Translations under genes and position numbers: made by a program
The notes under the pieces: generated by a model
The model's database searches: none
The model's input: only the letters and a program-made list of their open reading frames with translations
Told to the model about the DNA's origin: nothing
Shown here: positions 1 through 10,025 of the stretch, piece by piece
Layout of the letters: each line of letters starts with the position of its first letter
How positions within the stretch are numbered: the first letter of the stretch is position 1
Assembly: GCA_015059375.1 (NCBI GenBank)
Contig: SVAN01000006.1
Coordinates: forward strand, 1-53,708
Length of the DNA stretch: 53,708 bases
DNA from: Bacillota bacterium
GTDB taxonomy: Bacteria; Bacillota_I; Bacilli_A; RF39; UBA660
Reading direction: 5' to 3'

Positions 1-117
1 GAACTGTCAATTTGTTAGATTCTATGACCTCTGTAATTTGCCGTTCTCACTTAAACTCTTGGTAAATAATTTAACATAAAAAAATAAGATATAAATATTA
101 AATTATTTACATCTTAA

Positions 118-621
118 AGTATACTTGCTAATATATATGAATCCTTTATACAAGGTTTTGGTGATGGAATTACAATAAGCGTAGGAATAGCTACTGGTAA
201 AAAAGATAATAAATATATATTAAAAGTAAAAGATATTGCTAAAAAACTGATTAGATATGGTTCGTTAGTATTACCAATTGTAGTTTTAATCATTTCTATT
301 ATAATAATGAATATTTCTTTAAGAGATGATGAATTACAGAAAATATTTTTTAAAGTATTGCCGTTATTTTTAATAGGCTGTTATATAACAATGTCAGCTA
401 CATATTATTTTGCTATATTAAGAGGATTTAGAGATTTTAAATTCTTGGCAAAAAGAAATATAATTAGTTCTATAATAAAAATATTGGTAGCAACGTTATT
501 ATCATTTACTCCACTTGGTATTGTTGGCGTATGGATAGGTTATCTTGTTTATGGAATAATGCAAAAATATTTATCAAAAACAAGATATAAAAAGTTAACC
601 TTAGAAAGTGAGAAATTATGA
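118..621 (+). pseudogene. Truncated MATE-family efflux transporter (C-terminal half only)
   Basis: The frame of ORF 307..621 stays open upstream to a TAA at 115-117, with no usable start or RBS. It reads ILANIYESFIQGFGDGITISVGIATGKKD...AILRGFRD...LGIVGVWIGY, which is typical of the second half of MATE proteins. Confidence 0.7.
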
Positions 622-1103
622 AAGATTTAAATGATATAAAAATTATTCAATATAACAAAAAATATAAAGATTTAATAAACAATTTTATAAATGAATCTAT
701 GTTTACTTTTATAAATAGACCTTATAAAAAAAGAGAAGATGTATTAAACATAGAAGAATATTATTTAAATAATAACAGAAATTTTTGGATTGCATTGTAT
801 AACAATAAAATAATAGGATCTATTGCTCTTGAAAACAGAGGAAATGTTGGAATACTAAAAAGGTTTTACGTGGATAGACATTATCAAAATTTAGGTATAG
901 AAACATCTTTATATAATACGTTTGAAACATATGTAAAAAATTAAACTAATATTAATACATTATATCTTGCATGTGGTCAAATATTGAATAATGCCCATAA
1001 GTTTTATATAAAAAATGGATGGATACAAATTCCAAAATTAGAAGTTGAAATGCATATAGCAAGTGATGATGACTTTTTAAAAAGAATATTTAATGTTATA
1101 TAA
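618..1103 (+). pseudogene. GNAT N-acetyltransferase interrupted by an in-frame stop
   Basis: Motif A-like LKRFYVDRHYQNLGIE, then TAA at 942-944. The same frame continues TNINTLYLAC...NAHKFYIKNGW (motif B) to TAA at 1101-1103. Confidence 0.8.
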
Positions 1104-1107
1104 ACTT

Positions 1108-1216
<109 letters not shown>

Positions 1217-1268
1217 TTACACGACTAAATAAACCAATATCTGTGGGAGTATATAAACTCTCAATTAA

Positions 1269-1511
1269 TTAATGCCTTGCTATGTAGTCTGATAAATCAG
1301 CAATAGGAATTTTCTTCTTTAAATTCCCAATATAAAAATGTTTTTGTTCATTGAAGAATAAATATAGTGTTTCTCCAATAATTACTTTGTGTGGCTCAAC
1401 ATACGCCAGATTTGTATGTTCCACAATTCTTAGGTGACCCTCAATAATCTGGTAGGGTCTGTTATTAAATTTGCAAGACCAATTAATTTTACTCCTAAGT
1501 TCATCACTCAT
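1269..1511 (-). CDS. Hypothetical protein (~80 aa)
   Basis: Likely start is MSDELRSK at 1511, with an AAAGGA RBS upstream; globular composition. Confidence 0.7.
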   Translation of the reverse strand: MSDELRSKINWSCKFNNRPYQIIEGHLRIVEHTNLAYVEPHKVIIGETLYLFFNEQKHFYIGNLKKKIPIADLSDYIARH

Positions 1512-1639
1512 ATTGATTTCCTTTTTGATTATTTTAATCATATCACATCACACCTTTCTTTGCAATAACGCACAAAAAAATCAATCTTTTCAGATTGATT
1601 TAATCATTAACGTCACATTGGTGCGACGATTTTACCTTA

Positions 1640-1714
1640 TGGAGCAAGTGAGCGGAATCGAACCGCCGTCTCAGCCTTGGCAAGGCCGCATACTAACCGC
1701 TGTACTACACCTGC
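1640..1714 (-). tRNA. tRNA-Gly (GCC)
   Basis: Reverse complement GCAGGTGTAGTACAGCGGTTAGTATGCGGCCTTGCCAAGGCTGAGACGGCGGTTCGATTCCGCTCACTTGCTCCA folds into a cloverleaf with anticodon loop TT-GCC-AA, a GTTCGA T-loop and encoded CCA. Confidence 0.96.
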
Positions 1715-1760
1715 ATGTGTATTCATTTTAACATAATTCGGTTATTTAATGCAACAATAA

Positions 1761-1789
1761 TTGATAAAAAAATAATATATTGATATAAT
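1761..1789 (+). promoter_or_regulatory. SigA-type promoter of the ltaS operon
   Basis: TTGATA-17 bp-TATAAT with an extended TG. Confidence 0.65.
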
Positions 1790-1811
1790 GTACCTGTAAG
1801 AAGGGAACAAA

Positions 1812-3839
1812 TTGAAGAAGTTTTTAAATGTATTTCATAAAAGTAAAAGAAAAGTTATTGAATATATAATCTCAAATAGATTATTTCTTTCTTATGTAAT
1901 ATTATCAGTAATAGGAACATTTCTTGTAAGACATCTTACATTGGGGCGAGTAACAACTCTTTTCCCTTTTTTTACTGATCTAGGTATTATATTACTAGTT
2001 GGCGGTATTGGTTACATTATTAGAGCTAAAAACCAATTTAAATACTTTTTTACTTGGATATGTATTTTTACTTTAATAGAGATTGTTAATTCTATATATT
2101 ATGTTTTTTATACTTCTTTTGCCTCTTTTGGGGAGCTATCGTCGTTGTCTCAGGCTGAGACGGTAACTGGTTCAATTTTTGAAAAACTTAGTTTAAGTTA
2201 TTTTATTTATTTAATTTTCCCTGCAATATTTTATTTAGTTCATAAAAAATTGAATGCCTCAGCGTACTATAATTTTATAGGTAAAGTTGAAAAGGGGAAA
2301 ATTATGTGTTTAATTACGCTGGCGGCAGGATTTGGTTTACTAAGCTTTAGTTTTGCAAAAGCAGAAAGACAAGATTATTCACGTTTGGCTAAGTTATGGA
2401 ATAGAAACTTTATAGTTGAAAGATGGGGCATTTTAATGTATGAAGCAAATGACTTATTTCAAACATTAAGACCTAGATTAAGTAGCTTATTTGGTTTAGA
2501 AGAAGCTCAAGAATTATTTAATGAATATTTCGGAGCTGAAGACAGAAATGAGTACAAAAGCGAAAATAAATATACTGGTATTTTAGAGGGAAAGAACATT
2601 GTTTTTGTGCATATGGAAAGCATGCAATCATTCTTAATGGATTTGGTATTCAACGGAGTAGAATTGACTCCGAACTTAAATAAACTAGCTAAAGAAGGTA
2701 TGTTTTTTTCTAATTTTTATCCTCAAGTATCAACTGGAACATCTTCGGATACAGAATTTACTTTGCTATCTAGTTTGATGCCTGCGGCTTCGGGGCCAGT
2801 TTTTACAAGCTATTATGATCGAAATTATAATACTATCCCTAAATATTTAACAGAAATGGGGTATTATACTTATAGCATGCATGGTAATTTATCTTCGATG
2901 TGGAATCGTAATAAAGCACATCCATCTTTAGGGTACCAAGGTATGTATTTTGAAGAAACTTTTGAATATGGAGAAGAAGATGTAATTAATCTTGGAATTA
3001 ATGATAAATTGTTTTATAAGCAAGCGGTTCCTGTTTTAGAACAGATTGAAAGAAGTTATCCAAATTATATGGGGACGATTATAACATTATCTAATCATTC
3101 GCCTTTTACATTTATCGAACAATATGGAGAATTTGATTTTTCAGTAACTTATCAAGAGTTAAATCAGGAAACTGGAATCGTTGAAACGAAAATTTCAAAT
3201 TATTTGGAGGGTACGGCAGTGGGAAACTATATGAATAGTGTTCACTATGCTGATGAAGCTTTAGGCGATTTTATCCAATACATAAAATCATCTGATTATT
3301 TTGACAATACAATTTTTGTTTTTTATGGCGATCATGATGCCAAGCTAACTAGAAAAGAATTAAATTATTTATTTAATTATGATTATCGTACAGGAAAATT
3401 ATATGATGAAGAAGATGAACATTATGTAACATATGATTCATTTGCTCATGATTTAAATAAAAAGACCCCGCTTATTATATGGACTAAAAATGATAAACTA
3501 AAATACACTTTCCGTGGTGAAATTGATTATTATATGGGAATGATAGATGTTGCTCCAACTATTTTAAATATGTTTGGCCTTTCAAATGATTACGCTCTAG
3601 GACATGATATATTTAACATAAGAGATAATAATGTAATTGCTTTTCCAAATGGAAACTTTATAACAAATATGATGTATTATAATAATTCAACTGGGGACTA
3701 TAAAATAATAAATGAAAATATTATAATTGATGAAAATTATATCGAAAATCGAAAAAAAGATGTTGAAAATTTGTTAGATGTATCAAATGCAATTATTGTT
3801 TACAATCTTTTAGATGCTAAGGAGAAATTTGATGAGTAA
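1812..3839 (+). CDS. ltaS: LTA synthase family protein (sulfatase/alkaline phosphatase fold)
   Basis: About 5 N-terminal TM helices, then NIVFVHMES, TPNLN, GTSSDTEF (catalytic Thr), SNHSPF and YGDH motifs. Confidence 0.88.
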   Translation: MKKFLNVFHKSKRKVIEYIISNRLFLSYVILSVIGTFLVRHLTLGRVTTLFPFFTDLGIILLVGGIGYIIRAKNQFKYFFTWICIFTLIEIVNSIYYVFYTSFASFGELSSLSQAETVTGSIFEKLSLSYFIYLIFPAIFYLVHKKLNASAYYNFIGKVEKGKIMCLITLAAGFGLLSFSFAKAERQDYSRLAKLWNRNFIVERWGILMYEANDLFQTLRPRLSSLFGLEEAQELFNEYFGAEDRNEYKSENKYTGILEGKNIVFVHMESMQSFLMDLVFNGVELTPNLNKLAKEGMFFSNFYPQVSTGTSSDTEFTLLSSLMPAASGPVFTSYYDRNYNTIPKYLTEMGYYTYSMHGNLSSMWNRNKAHPSLGYQGMYFEETFEYGEEDVINLGINDKLFYKQAVPVLEQIERSYPNYMGTIITLSNHSPFTFIEQYGEFDFSVTYQELNQETGIVETKISNYLEGTAVGNYMNSVHYADEALGDFIQYIKSSDYFDNTIFVFYGDHDAKLTRKELNYLFNYDYRTGKLYDEEDEHYVTYDSFAHDLNKKTPLIIWTKNDKLKYTFRGEIDYYMGMIDVAPTILNMFGLSNDYALGHDIFNIRDNNVIAFPNGNFITNMMYYNNSTGDYKIINENIIIDENYIENRKKDVENLLDVSNAIIVYNLLDAKEKFDE

Positions 3840-4443
3840 AAAAAGAAAGAAAGGGGTTTTAGTGTTAATAACATTACTTTTGATTGTTATTATACTTATC
3901 CTTATAAGTACTTTTTGGTTTGGAAAAAATGAAATGAAAATTGTTGATGAAATTTCAAAGTATGGATATACACTTGATGAAAGAGATACTCAGTTAATGA
4001 AAGATATTTTTAATAAACTAAAAAGTGAATTAGACAAAAAAGAAATTAATTTTGAAAAGTATGCTGAATATTTATCAGAATTGTTTATTATTGATTTATA
4101 TACTTTAGATAATAAGGTGAATAAATATGATGTAGGAGGAGTAGAATATATTCATCCAAATCATGTTCAAAATTATCAATTAAAAGTTGGTGATACACTT
4201 TATCGTTATCTAGAGGATTCATCTAGCCGTAAGGCTAAAATGCCCCAAGTAAGCGAAATAGCATTAATAGATATACTACCGACAAGGTATACTTATTTAG
4301 AAAAGGAATATGAAGCATTTTCGGTAAAACTAAGATGGGATTATGTAGAGGATTTAGGCTATGATGAGACTGGAACTGTTATAGTTATGAACATTGAAGG
4401 AAAACTATATGTTTCAGAGTATTCAACTGAGGTGGAAGAATGA
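3832..4443 (+). CDS. Membrane-anchored hypothetical protein
   Basis: AAGGAG RBS, basic N-terminus plus one TM helix; overlaps the ltaS stop and the LCP start. Confidence 0.8.
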   Translation: MSKKRKKGVLVLITLLLIVIILILISTFWFGKNEMKIVDEISKYGYTLDERDTQLMKDIFNKLKSELDKKEINFEKYAEYLSELFIIDLYTLDNKVNKYDVGGVEYIHPNHVQNYQLKVGDTLYRYLEDSSSRKAKMPQVSEIALIDILPTRYTYLEKEYEAFSVKLRWDYVEDLGYDETGTVIVMNIEGKLYVSEYSTEVEE

Positions 4444-6329
4444 AAAAAATAATCCGCAAATTAAAACGGACTAATCGATTTGCTCGGTATACGTACTATT
4501 TACTTAGTGTTTTATATTTAATAAGCTATGTTTTATTTGCTAAAAATATCATTTCTTTAGTAGGAATCGAGACTTTTATTAGATACCTAGCATTATTCTT
4601 TTTTGGTAGTTATTTCCTAATATATGTGTATTTTGGTTTATACAATTTGTTAACAAAGAAACATTTAAAATTGTATTTGTTATCAACTTTAAGTTTTGTT
4701 TTTATAGTATTATTTATTATTGGAGCATTTTTTCTTGATTTGATTTATAATAAGTTAGCAAGTTTTAACGAAAACGAAAAAGTAATATATACTTCTTATT
4801 TAGTTACTTTAAACGATACAACGCTAAACACTAAAAGTTTGCTCGGTATGATCGATGACAAAAGTGATATTGAAGGAAATATTTTAGCTAACGATATTAT
4901 AAAAGAACAAAAATTATCACAGAAAATAAAAATGTTTGCCAGTAATGATACGGATGCTTATTTAGATATGTTGTATGCACTTTATGAAAAAGAAGTTGAT
5001 GGAATTTTTGTTTCAAGCAACTACATCACATTGTATAGTGGTGAAACTGATTTTGAGTCAATTGCTAGTGAAACAAAAGTGATTTATCAAGCGAGTGGTG
5101 AATATAATAATGCAGATTTAAATATTACAAGTGATAAATCATTGACAGAACCATTTACTGCTTTAATTATGGGGGTAGATTCTGAATATGATGGACTAAA
5201 TGCAAATGCTGCATTTAATGGCGATACATTAATACTAGCATCATTTAATCCTACAACGTTATCTGCCACTCTGTTAAGTATACCAAGAGATACGTTTGTG
5301 CCTATTGCGTGTAGAAATAATAAATATGCAAAAATCAATTCTTCAGCGGCTGCTGGTACGTCATGTGTTATCAATACAATTGAAAATTTAATGGACCTAA
5401 AAATTGATTATTACGCTAAAATCAATTTTAAAGGAGTCGTAGAATTGGTTGAAGCAGTTGGTGGTATTGAAGTAGAAGTTGAAGCTCCGGATTATCAATT
5501 TAATCATGGATTCAATTGTAAAGGAATGGTATGTGAACAAAATTCTGATCGACAATGGGGGAAACATACTATTTTTATTGAACCTGGTTGGCAAACTTTA
5601 AATGGTGAGGAAGCATTAGCTTACGCAAGATGTCGAGGATTATATTTAGAAAGTGACTTAGCTAGAAATCGCCATCAACAAGACATTATTATGGCTTTAG
5701 CAAATAAAATGCTTCAAATTGATAGTTACAATAATTTTAAAGAAATTTTAGATGCAATTAGCGATAACATAGCCACTAACATGAGTGTTAACCAAATTTT
5801 ATCATCTTATAACATTTTTAAAGACATGATTGGTAACATGATTAACGATATAGAATTTATTAATATTCAAAAAGCAACTTTAGAAACTTATGATTTAAAC
5901 GTATATTTACCAAGCTCAGGTAGAACAACAGCTGCTTTAGGATATTATAGAGATAGCTTAGAAGACATAATCCAAACGATGAAAATTAATCTTGAATTAG
6001 AAGAACCTCAACATATTAAGACATTTAATTATTCAATTAATGAAAATTATGAACCTAAAATTGCAGGCAAGGGATTAAGGACAGGCGTGTCAAATACAGT
6101 ATTGGAAAGTTTTATTGGGAAAACCAAATCGGCAGCGGAAAAATATTGCATTCAAAAAGACATAAATTGTTCGGTGAAATATGTTGATAAGAATAGTGAA
6201 TATTATAATTCTGATATCGCAACAGATTTAATTGCAGCTCAAGAGCCACATCAAGGTACATTGATGGAAGATGTTAGTAGTGTGATTTTCTACGTAAATG
6301 GAGCGACCAGTTCTGATTTGGAGGATTAA
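4440..6329 (+). CDS. LCP (LytR-CpsA-Psr) glycopolymer-peptidoglycan ligase with accessory domain and C-terminal PASTA-like domain
   Basis: 3 TM helices; LIMGVDS, GDTLILA, LLSIPRDT, KINS, IDYYAKINF, LNGEEALAYAR, SDLARNRHQQ; C-terminal FIGKTKSAAEKYC...QEP. Confidence 0.9.
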   Translation: MKKIIRKLKRTNRFARYTYYLLSVLYLISYVLFAKNIISLVGIETFIRYLALFFFGSYFLIYVYFGLYNLLTKKHLKLYLLSTLSFVFIVLFIIGAFFLDLIYNKLASFNENEKVIYTSYLVTLNDTTLNTKSLLGMIDDKSDIEGNILANDIIKEQKLSQKIKMFASNDTDAYLDMLYALYEKEVDGIFVSSNYITLYSGETDFESIASETKVIYQASGEYNNADLNITSDKSLTEPFTALIMGVDSEYDGLNANAAFNGDTLILASFNPTTLSATLLSIPRDTFVPIACRNNKYAKINSSAAAGTSCVINTIENLMDLKIDYYAKINFKGVVELVEAVGGIEVEVEAPDYQFNHGFNCKGMVCEQNSDRQWGKHTIFIEPGWQTLNGEEALAYARCRGLYLESDLARNRHQQDIIMALANKMLQIDSYNNFKEILDAISDNIATNMSVNQILSSYNIFKDMIGNMINDIEFINIQKATLETYDLNVYLPSSGRTTAALGYYRDSLEDIIQTMKINLELEEPQHIKTFNYSINENYEPKIAGKGLRTGVSNTVLESFIGKTKSAAEKYCIQKDINCSVKYVDKNSEYYNSDIATDLIAAQEPHQGTLMEDVSSVIFYVNGATSSDLED

Positions 6330-6360
6330 AAAAAGGAAATTATTATTTTTTCCTTTTTTT
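6329..6360. terminator. Bidirectional terminator between convergent genes
   Basis: AAAAAAAGGAAA...TTTCCTTTTTT inverted repeat. Confidence 0.55.
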
Positions 6361-6681
6361 GTTGATTCCATTAGTCTTAGGCTTTTTCTTGCGGGCTGGA
6401 GTCTTCTTTTTGGTAGCAGATTTCTTTGTGTATCTAGCGTTTGTACTTTGAGGCTTTTTATTATTTGTTTTTTTCTTTGTATTTTCTTTATTTGTAGAAG
6501 CAATCTTTTTTCGTCTCCGCTTAGGTTTTTTAATAACTTCTATTACTTTATAACGAGTGATTTTTGGTGTTTCTTTTTTTCCGTATACTAAAATTAAAAT
6601 AATTACAAACAAAGTTAGTAAATAAATACCAATTAAAACAATGAATACAATATCTATAGGATCGAAAATGCGCTCTGTCAT
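6343..6681 (-). CDS. Small membrane protein with Lys-rich tail
   Basis: AAGGA RBS, one TM helix, then a highly basic low-complexity tail. Confidence 0.65.
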   Translation of the reverse strand: MTERIFDPIDIVFIVLIGIYLLTLFVIILILVYGKKETPKITRYKVIEVIKKPKRRRKKIASTNKENTKKKTNNKKPQSTNARYTKKSATKKKTPARKKKPKTNGINKKRKK

Positions 6682-6850
6682 ATTATTCCTTTCTAGTAAT
6701 CCGTACTAATATTATTTTATTATATAAAAAAATTTAGTCAAGCGTTTGTTAATAAATATGTTAATTATACACAAAATGTTAACAAATTGTTCGCAAAATA
6801 TATCTTTATCAAAATGCTTTATCGTGATAAAATAAGCCTAGGTGACGTTT

Positions 6851-7603
6851 ATGCTAAAAATTAGTAACTTAACAGCAAAAATTGAAAATAAAGTAGTTAT
6901 AAACAATATGAATTTACAAATTAACGATGGTGAAATTCATGTAATAATGGGGCGCAATGGAATTGGTAAATCAACTTTATGTAAAGTTATTATGCAAGAT
7001 AAAAATTATGAGGTTGTTGGCGGTGACATTACATATAATGGAAAGAATTTGCTTGACTTGCAAACATATGAAATTGCTCGTGAAAAAATAATGCTAATTG
7101 CTCAAAATCCAATTGCAATTGAAGGGGTAACTAACGCTGAACTGTTGAGAACCTCATTAAGAGAAATAAAAAATGAGAATATTAATATTTTTGATTTTAA
7201 TAAGAAAATGGAAGATGCTTGCCAAGCTTTAGATTTAGATTCAAAATTTATTCATCGTGAAGTAAATGTTGGCGCTTCCGGTGGTGAAAGAAAAAAGATT
7301 GAACTTTTGCATGCAGCTTTGCTAGAACCTAGTTTTTTAATACTAGATGAGATTGATTCGGGATTGGATGTAGATGCTTTAAAAGTGGTATGTAATTTTA
7401 TTAATGATTATCATCACAAATCTAATTGTAGCATTTTGATGATTACTCATCATCCGCATCTTATTGAGTATATTAAACCAAATTTTGTGCATATTTTGGA
7501 TGAAGGAAAAATAACGAAAACCGGAGACTATCATTTGGCTTATGAAATAGAAAAAGCTGGTTACGGGGCGAATATTATGGTTGAAGATGGTAATGATGAA
7601 TAA
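6851..7603 (+). CDS. sufC: Fe-S assembly ABC ATPase SufC
   Basis: GRNGIGKST, REVNVGASGGERKK, LDEIDSGLDVDAL, ITH. Confidence 0.93.
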   Translation: MLKISNLTAKIENKVVINNMNLQINDGEIHVIMGRNGIGKSTLCKVIMQDKNYEVVGGDITYNGKNLLDLQTYEIAREKIMLIAQNPIAIEGVTNAELLRTSLREIKNENINIFDFNKKMEDACQALDLDSKFIHREVNVGASGGERKKIELLHAALLEPSFLILDEIDSGLDVDALKVVCNFINDYHHKSNCSILMITHHPHLIEYIKPNFVHILDEGKITKTGDYHLAYEIEKAGYGANIMVEDGNDE

Positions 7604-8183
7604 GATACTAACGAATAAAAAAGTTGTTAATATTGTTAATGAATCTAGTGATTTATATTATCAAGTAAATGATAATGAAATGTTAGTTATCAATTATTAT
7701 AATGATAATCAAAAGAAGATTAATATCGAATTAAGACAAAGTGCTAATAGTTATGTTGTTTTAAATGTTTCGTCTATAATAAAAAATGACGCCTTAGTTA
7801 ATATATCAAGTTATGTGACAGGAAATGATAATCGAACAATTATTAATGTAAGAACAATCTGCGAAGCGAACGAAGGAACTTTTAATGTAATAGTAAAGGC
7901 TAATGAAAATACTAAGAATAATGAAATTATTGAGGATCTTAAGGGCATAAATGAAAATGGTAATATAATCTTTAATCCAATTTTAGAGGTTGATACAAAT
8001 GAAATTGATGCACAGCATTTTGCCACCATAGGTAGTTTCGATAAAAATGAACTTTTTTATTTACAAACAAAAGGAATTAGTTTAAAATCGGCTTATAATT
8101 TACTTAAAAAAAGTTTTATATATAACTTATTTAGTGATGAATTTATTGATTTGCTGAATAAGGGAAAGGAAAAAGATGAATAG
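7596..8183 (+). CDS. sufD: Short SufD-like (SufBD family) protein
   Basis: PILEVDTNEIDAQHFATIG and LFYLQTKGI match the SufBD C-terminus; lies between sufC and sufS. Start is uncertain (7587, 7593 or 7596). Confidence 0.78.
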   Translation: MNKILTNKKVVNIVNESSDLYYQVNDNEMLVINYYNDNQKKINIELRQSANSYVVLNVSSIIKNDALVNISSYVTGNDNRTIINVRTICEANEGTFNVIVKANENTKNNEIIEDLKGINENGNIIFNPILEVDTNEIDAQHFATIGSFDKNELFYLQTKGISLKSAYNLLKKSFIYNLFSDEFIDLLNKGKEKDE

Positions 8184-9372
8184 AGAAGATTTTCCAATGC
8201 TTGCTAACGATATTATCTATTTAGATAATAGTGCGACTAGTTTGAAACCAAAATGTGTTATTGATAAAATGGTCGATTATTATGAGAATTATAGCGCTAA
8301 TGCTCATCGAGGCGATTATGATATATCCTATAAAGTTGATTTGGAATTTGAAGAAACACGTGATTTAGTAGCTAATTTTATTAACGCTAAAGACAAGGAT
8401 GAAATTATTTTTACCAGTGGGACTACTGAGTCACTTAATATGATAGCTACTGGTTTTTTTGCTAATTTAGTTGATGAAAATGATGAAATTTTGATAACAT
8501 CTTCCGAACACGCTTCAAATGTGTTGCCTTGGTTTAGATTAGAAAATGAGTTTGGTTGTAAAGTGAGGTATATTCCGCTGGATAGCAGTTATCATGTAAC
8601 ATTAGATAATTTGAAAAAATCTGTTACACCACACACCAAAATAATTGCTCTTGCTCAAGTGACAAATGTGATAGGTGATGTTCGCCCAATAAAAGAAATT
8701 TGTAAGTTTGCACACGAACGAAATATTTTTGTTGTTGTAGATGGTGCTCAAAGTTTACCACATATGAAAGTGGATGTTCAGGATTTAGATTGCGATTTTC
8801 TAGCTTTTTCTGCTCATAAAATGTATGGACCAACAGGATTAGGAATTTTATATGGTAAAAAAGAACTTCTAGAAAATTTAGAACCAATTAATTTGGGCGG
8901 GGGAATGAATGAATCCTTTGATACGCCTCAACAAATTTTGCTTAAAGAACTTCCAACAAGATTGGAGGCGGGTACGCCAAATATCGCTTCAGTCATTGCT
9001 TTTAAGGAATCAATAAAGTATCTTGAAAAGCTTGGGATGGAAAATATAAGCAATCGTGAACACTATTTAAGAAAATATTTAATTGATAAATTATTAAGAA
9101 TACCTCATATTGATATCATTAATTTGGAAGCAGACAGTGGTATAGTAACATTTAATGTTAGTGATGTTTTTTCACAGGATGTAGCATTTTATCTTAATAA
9201 ATATCAAATTTGCGTTCGTGCTGGCAACCATTGTGCTAAAATTCTAAAAAATGCCACTAAAGTAACAAATACGATACGAATTAGTTTGGCGTTTTATAAT
9301 ACTGAGTCAGAGATTGATACTTTAGTTGACCTATTAAGTAATAAAGATAAAATTATAGGAGAGATGTTCTAA
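8176..9372 (+). CDS. sufS: Cysteine desulfurase SufS
   Basis: YLDNSATS, EHASN, DGAQS, SAHKMYGP (PLP Lys), RAGNHCA. Confidence 0.95.
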   Translation: MNREDFPMLANDIIYLDNSATSLKPKCVIDKMVDYYENYSANAHRGDYDISYKVDLEFEETRDLVANFINAKDKDEIIFTSGTTESLNMIATGFFANLVDENDEILITSSEHASNVLPWFRLENEFGCKVRYIPLDSSYHVTLDNLKKSVTPHTKIIALAQVTNVIGDVRPIKEICKFAHERNIFVVVDGAQSLPHMKVDVQDLDCDFLAFSAHKMYGPTGLGILYGKKELLENLEPINLGGGMNESFDTPQQILLKELPTRLEAGTPNIASVIAFKESIKYLEKLGMENISNREHYLRKYLIDKLLRIPHIDIINLEADSGIVTFNVSDVFSQDVAFYLNKYQICVRAGNHCAKILKNATKVTNTIRISLAFYNTESEIDTLVDLLSNKDKIIGEMF

Positions 9373-9839
9373 TGGATGAAAATATTAAAAGAGAGATTAT
9401 TATGGAGCATTATCAAAATCCGTTACACCGATATGTTGTGGAAGACGATAATTATATAAAGGTTAACACTAGTAATTCCTCTTGCATAGACAATCTAGAT
9501 TTGTTTTTAAAAATTAATAATAATATAATTGAAGATATTGCTTTTTTCGGTGAAGCTTGTGCAATAAGTATTTCTTCAACTTCGATTATGATTGAAAATT
9601 TAATAGGTAAAACTGTGGAAGAAGCTGCAATAATTATTCAAAATTTTGATAACATGATTAACGAAAAAGATTATGATAAAAATGTTTTAAATAATGCCAT
9701 AGTATATAATGAAATTTATAAACAAAATAGTCGTAAAACTTGCGCATTTTTACCGTATCGAGGAATTTTGGAAGCACTTGCTAAATATCAAAAGCAGTGT
9801 TATAATCTATGTTGTAAAAACGAAGAACAAGAGGAGTAG
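9372..9839 (+). CDS. sufU: SufU sulfur-transfer/scaffold protein
   Basis: EHYQNP, SCID, GEACAIS, RKTCA. Confidence 0.92.
   Translation: MDENIKREIIMEHYQNPLHRYVVEDDNYIKVNTSNSSCIDNLDLFLKINNNIIEDIAFFGEACAISISSTSIMIENLIGKTVEEAAIIIQNFDNMINEKDYDKNVLNNAIVYNEIYKQNSRKTCAFLPYRGILEALAKYQKQCYNLCCKNEEQEE
9778..9806 (+). promoter_or_regulatory. SigA promoter of the T-box/HD/valS transcript, located inside sufU
   Basis: TTGCTA-17 bp-TATAAT with an extended TG. Confidence 0.65.
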
Positions 9840-10025
9840 TTTAATTAAATTAATAGAGATGAAAAGTTAATAAGCTGGAAGCTTTTCTTAAAGAGATTAA
9901 ATGAAGGTAGCTTGTGAGTTGTGAATCTAAGTAAATAGGATTTGCTGTTAGTCGCATTAAGACAAAAAGAGATAAAATAAGGTGGTACCGCGGAATTTCG
10001 CCCTTAGGTAACCATCTTTTATTTT
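9813..10025 (+). ncRNA. T-box riboswitch, Val specifier
   Basis: T-box AATAAGGTGGTACCGCGG (9976-9993); antiterminator AAGG-[TGGTACC]-GCGG-AATT-TCGC-CCTT; stem I AGAGA/GCTGGAA elements; specifier GTA (Val) at 9907-9909; upstream of valS. Confidence 0.9.

Noticed and set aside
1-117. Window start GAACTGTCAATTTGTTAGA resembling an IS terminal repeat, and CCGTTCTCACTT resembling the tRNA-Gly 3' end
   Set aside because: The matches are short, no partner repeat or transposase is visible, and the tRNA-like match is in the wrong orientation for an att duplication.
1471-1731. 86-aa + strand ORF
   Set aside because: It is the antisense reading of tRNA-Gly and of the neighbouring minus-strand gene.
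6298-6591. Overlapping ORFs 6298..6591(+) and 6228..6503(-)
   Set aside because: They are shadow frames of the low-complexity 6343..6681 gene and lack an RBS.
6747-6793. Repeated TGTTAA motifs upstream of sufC
   Set aside because: Spacing is irregular in very AT-rich DNA, and the motifs cannot be assigned to a regulator.
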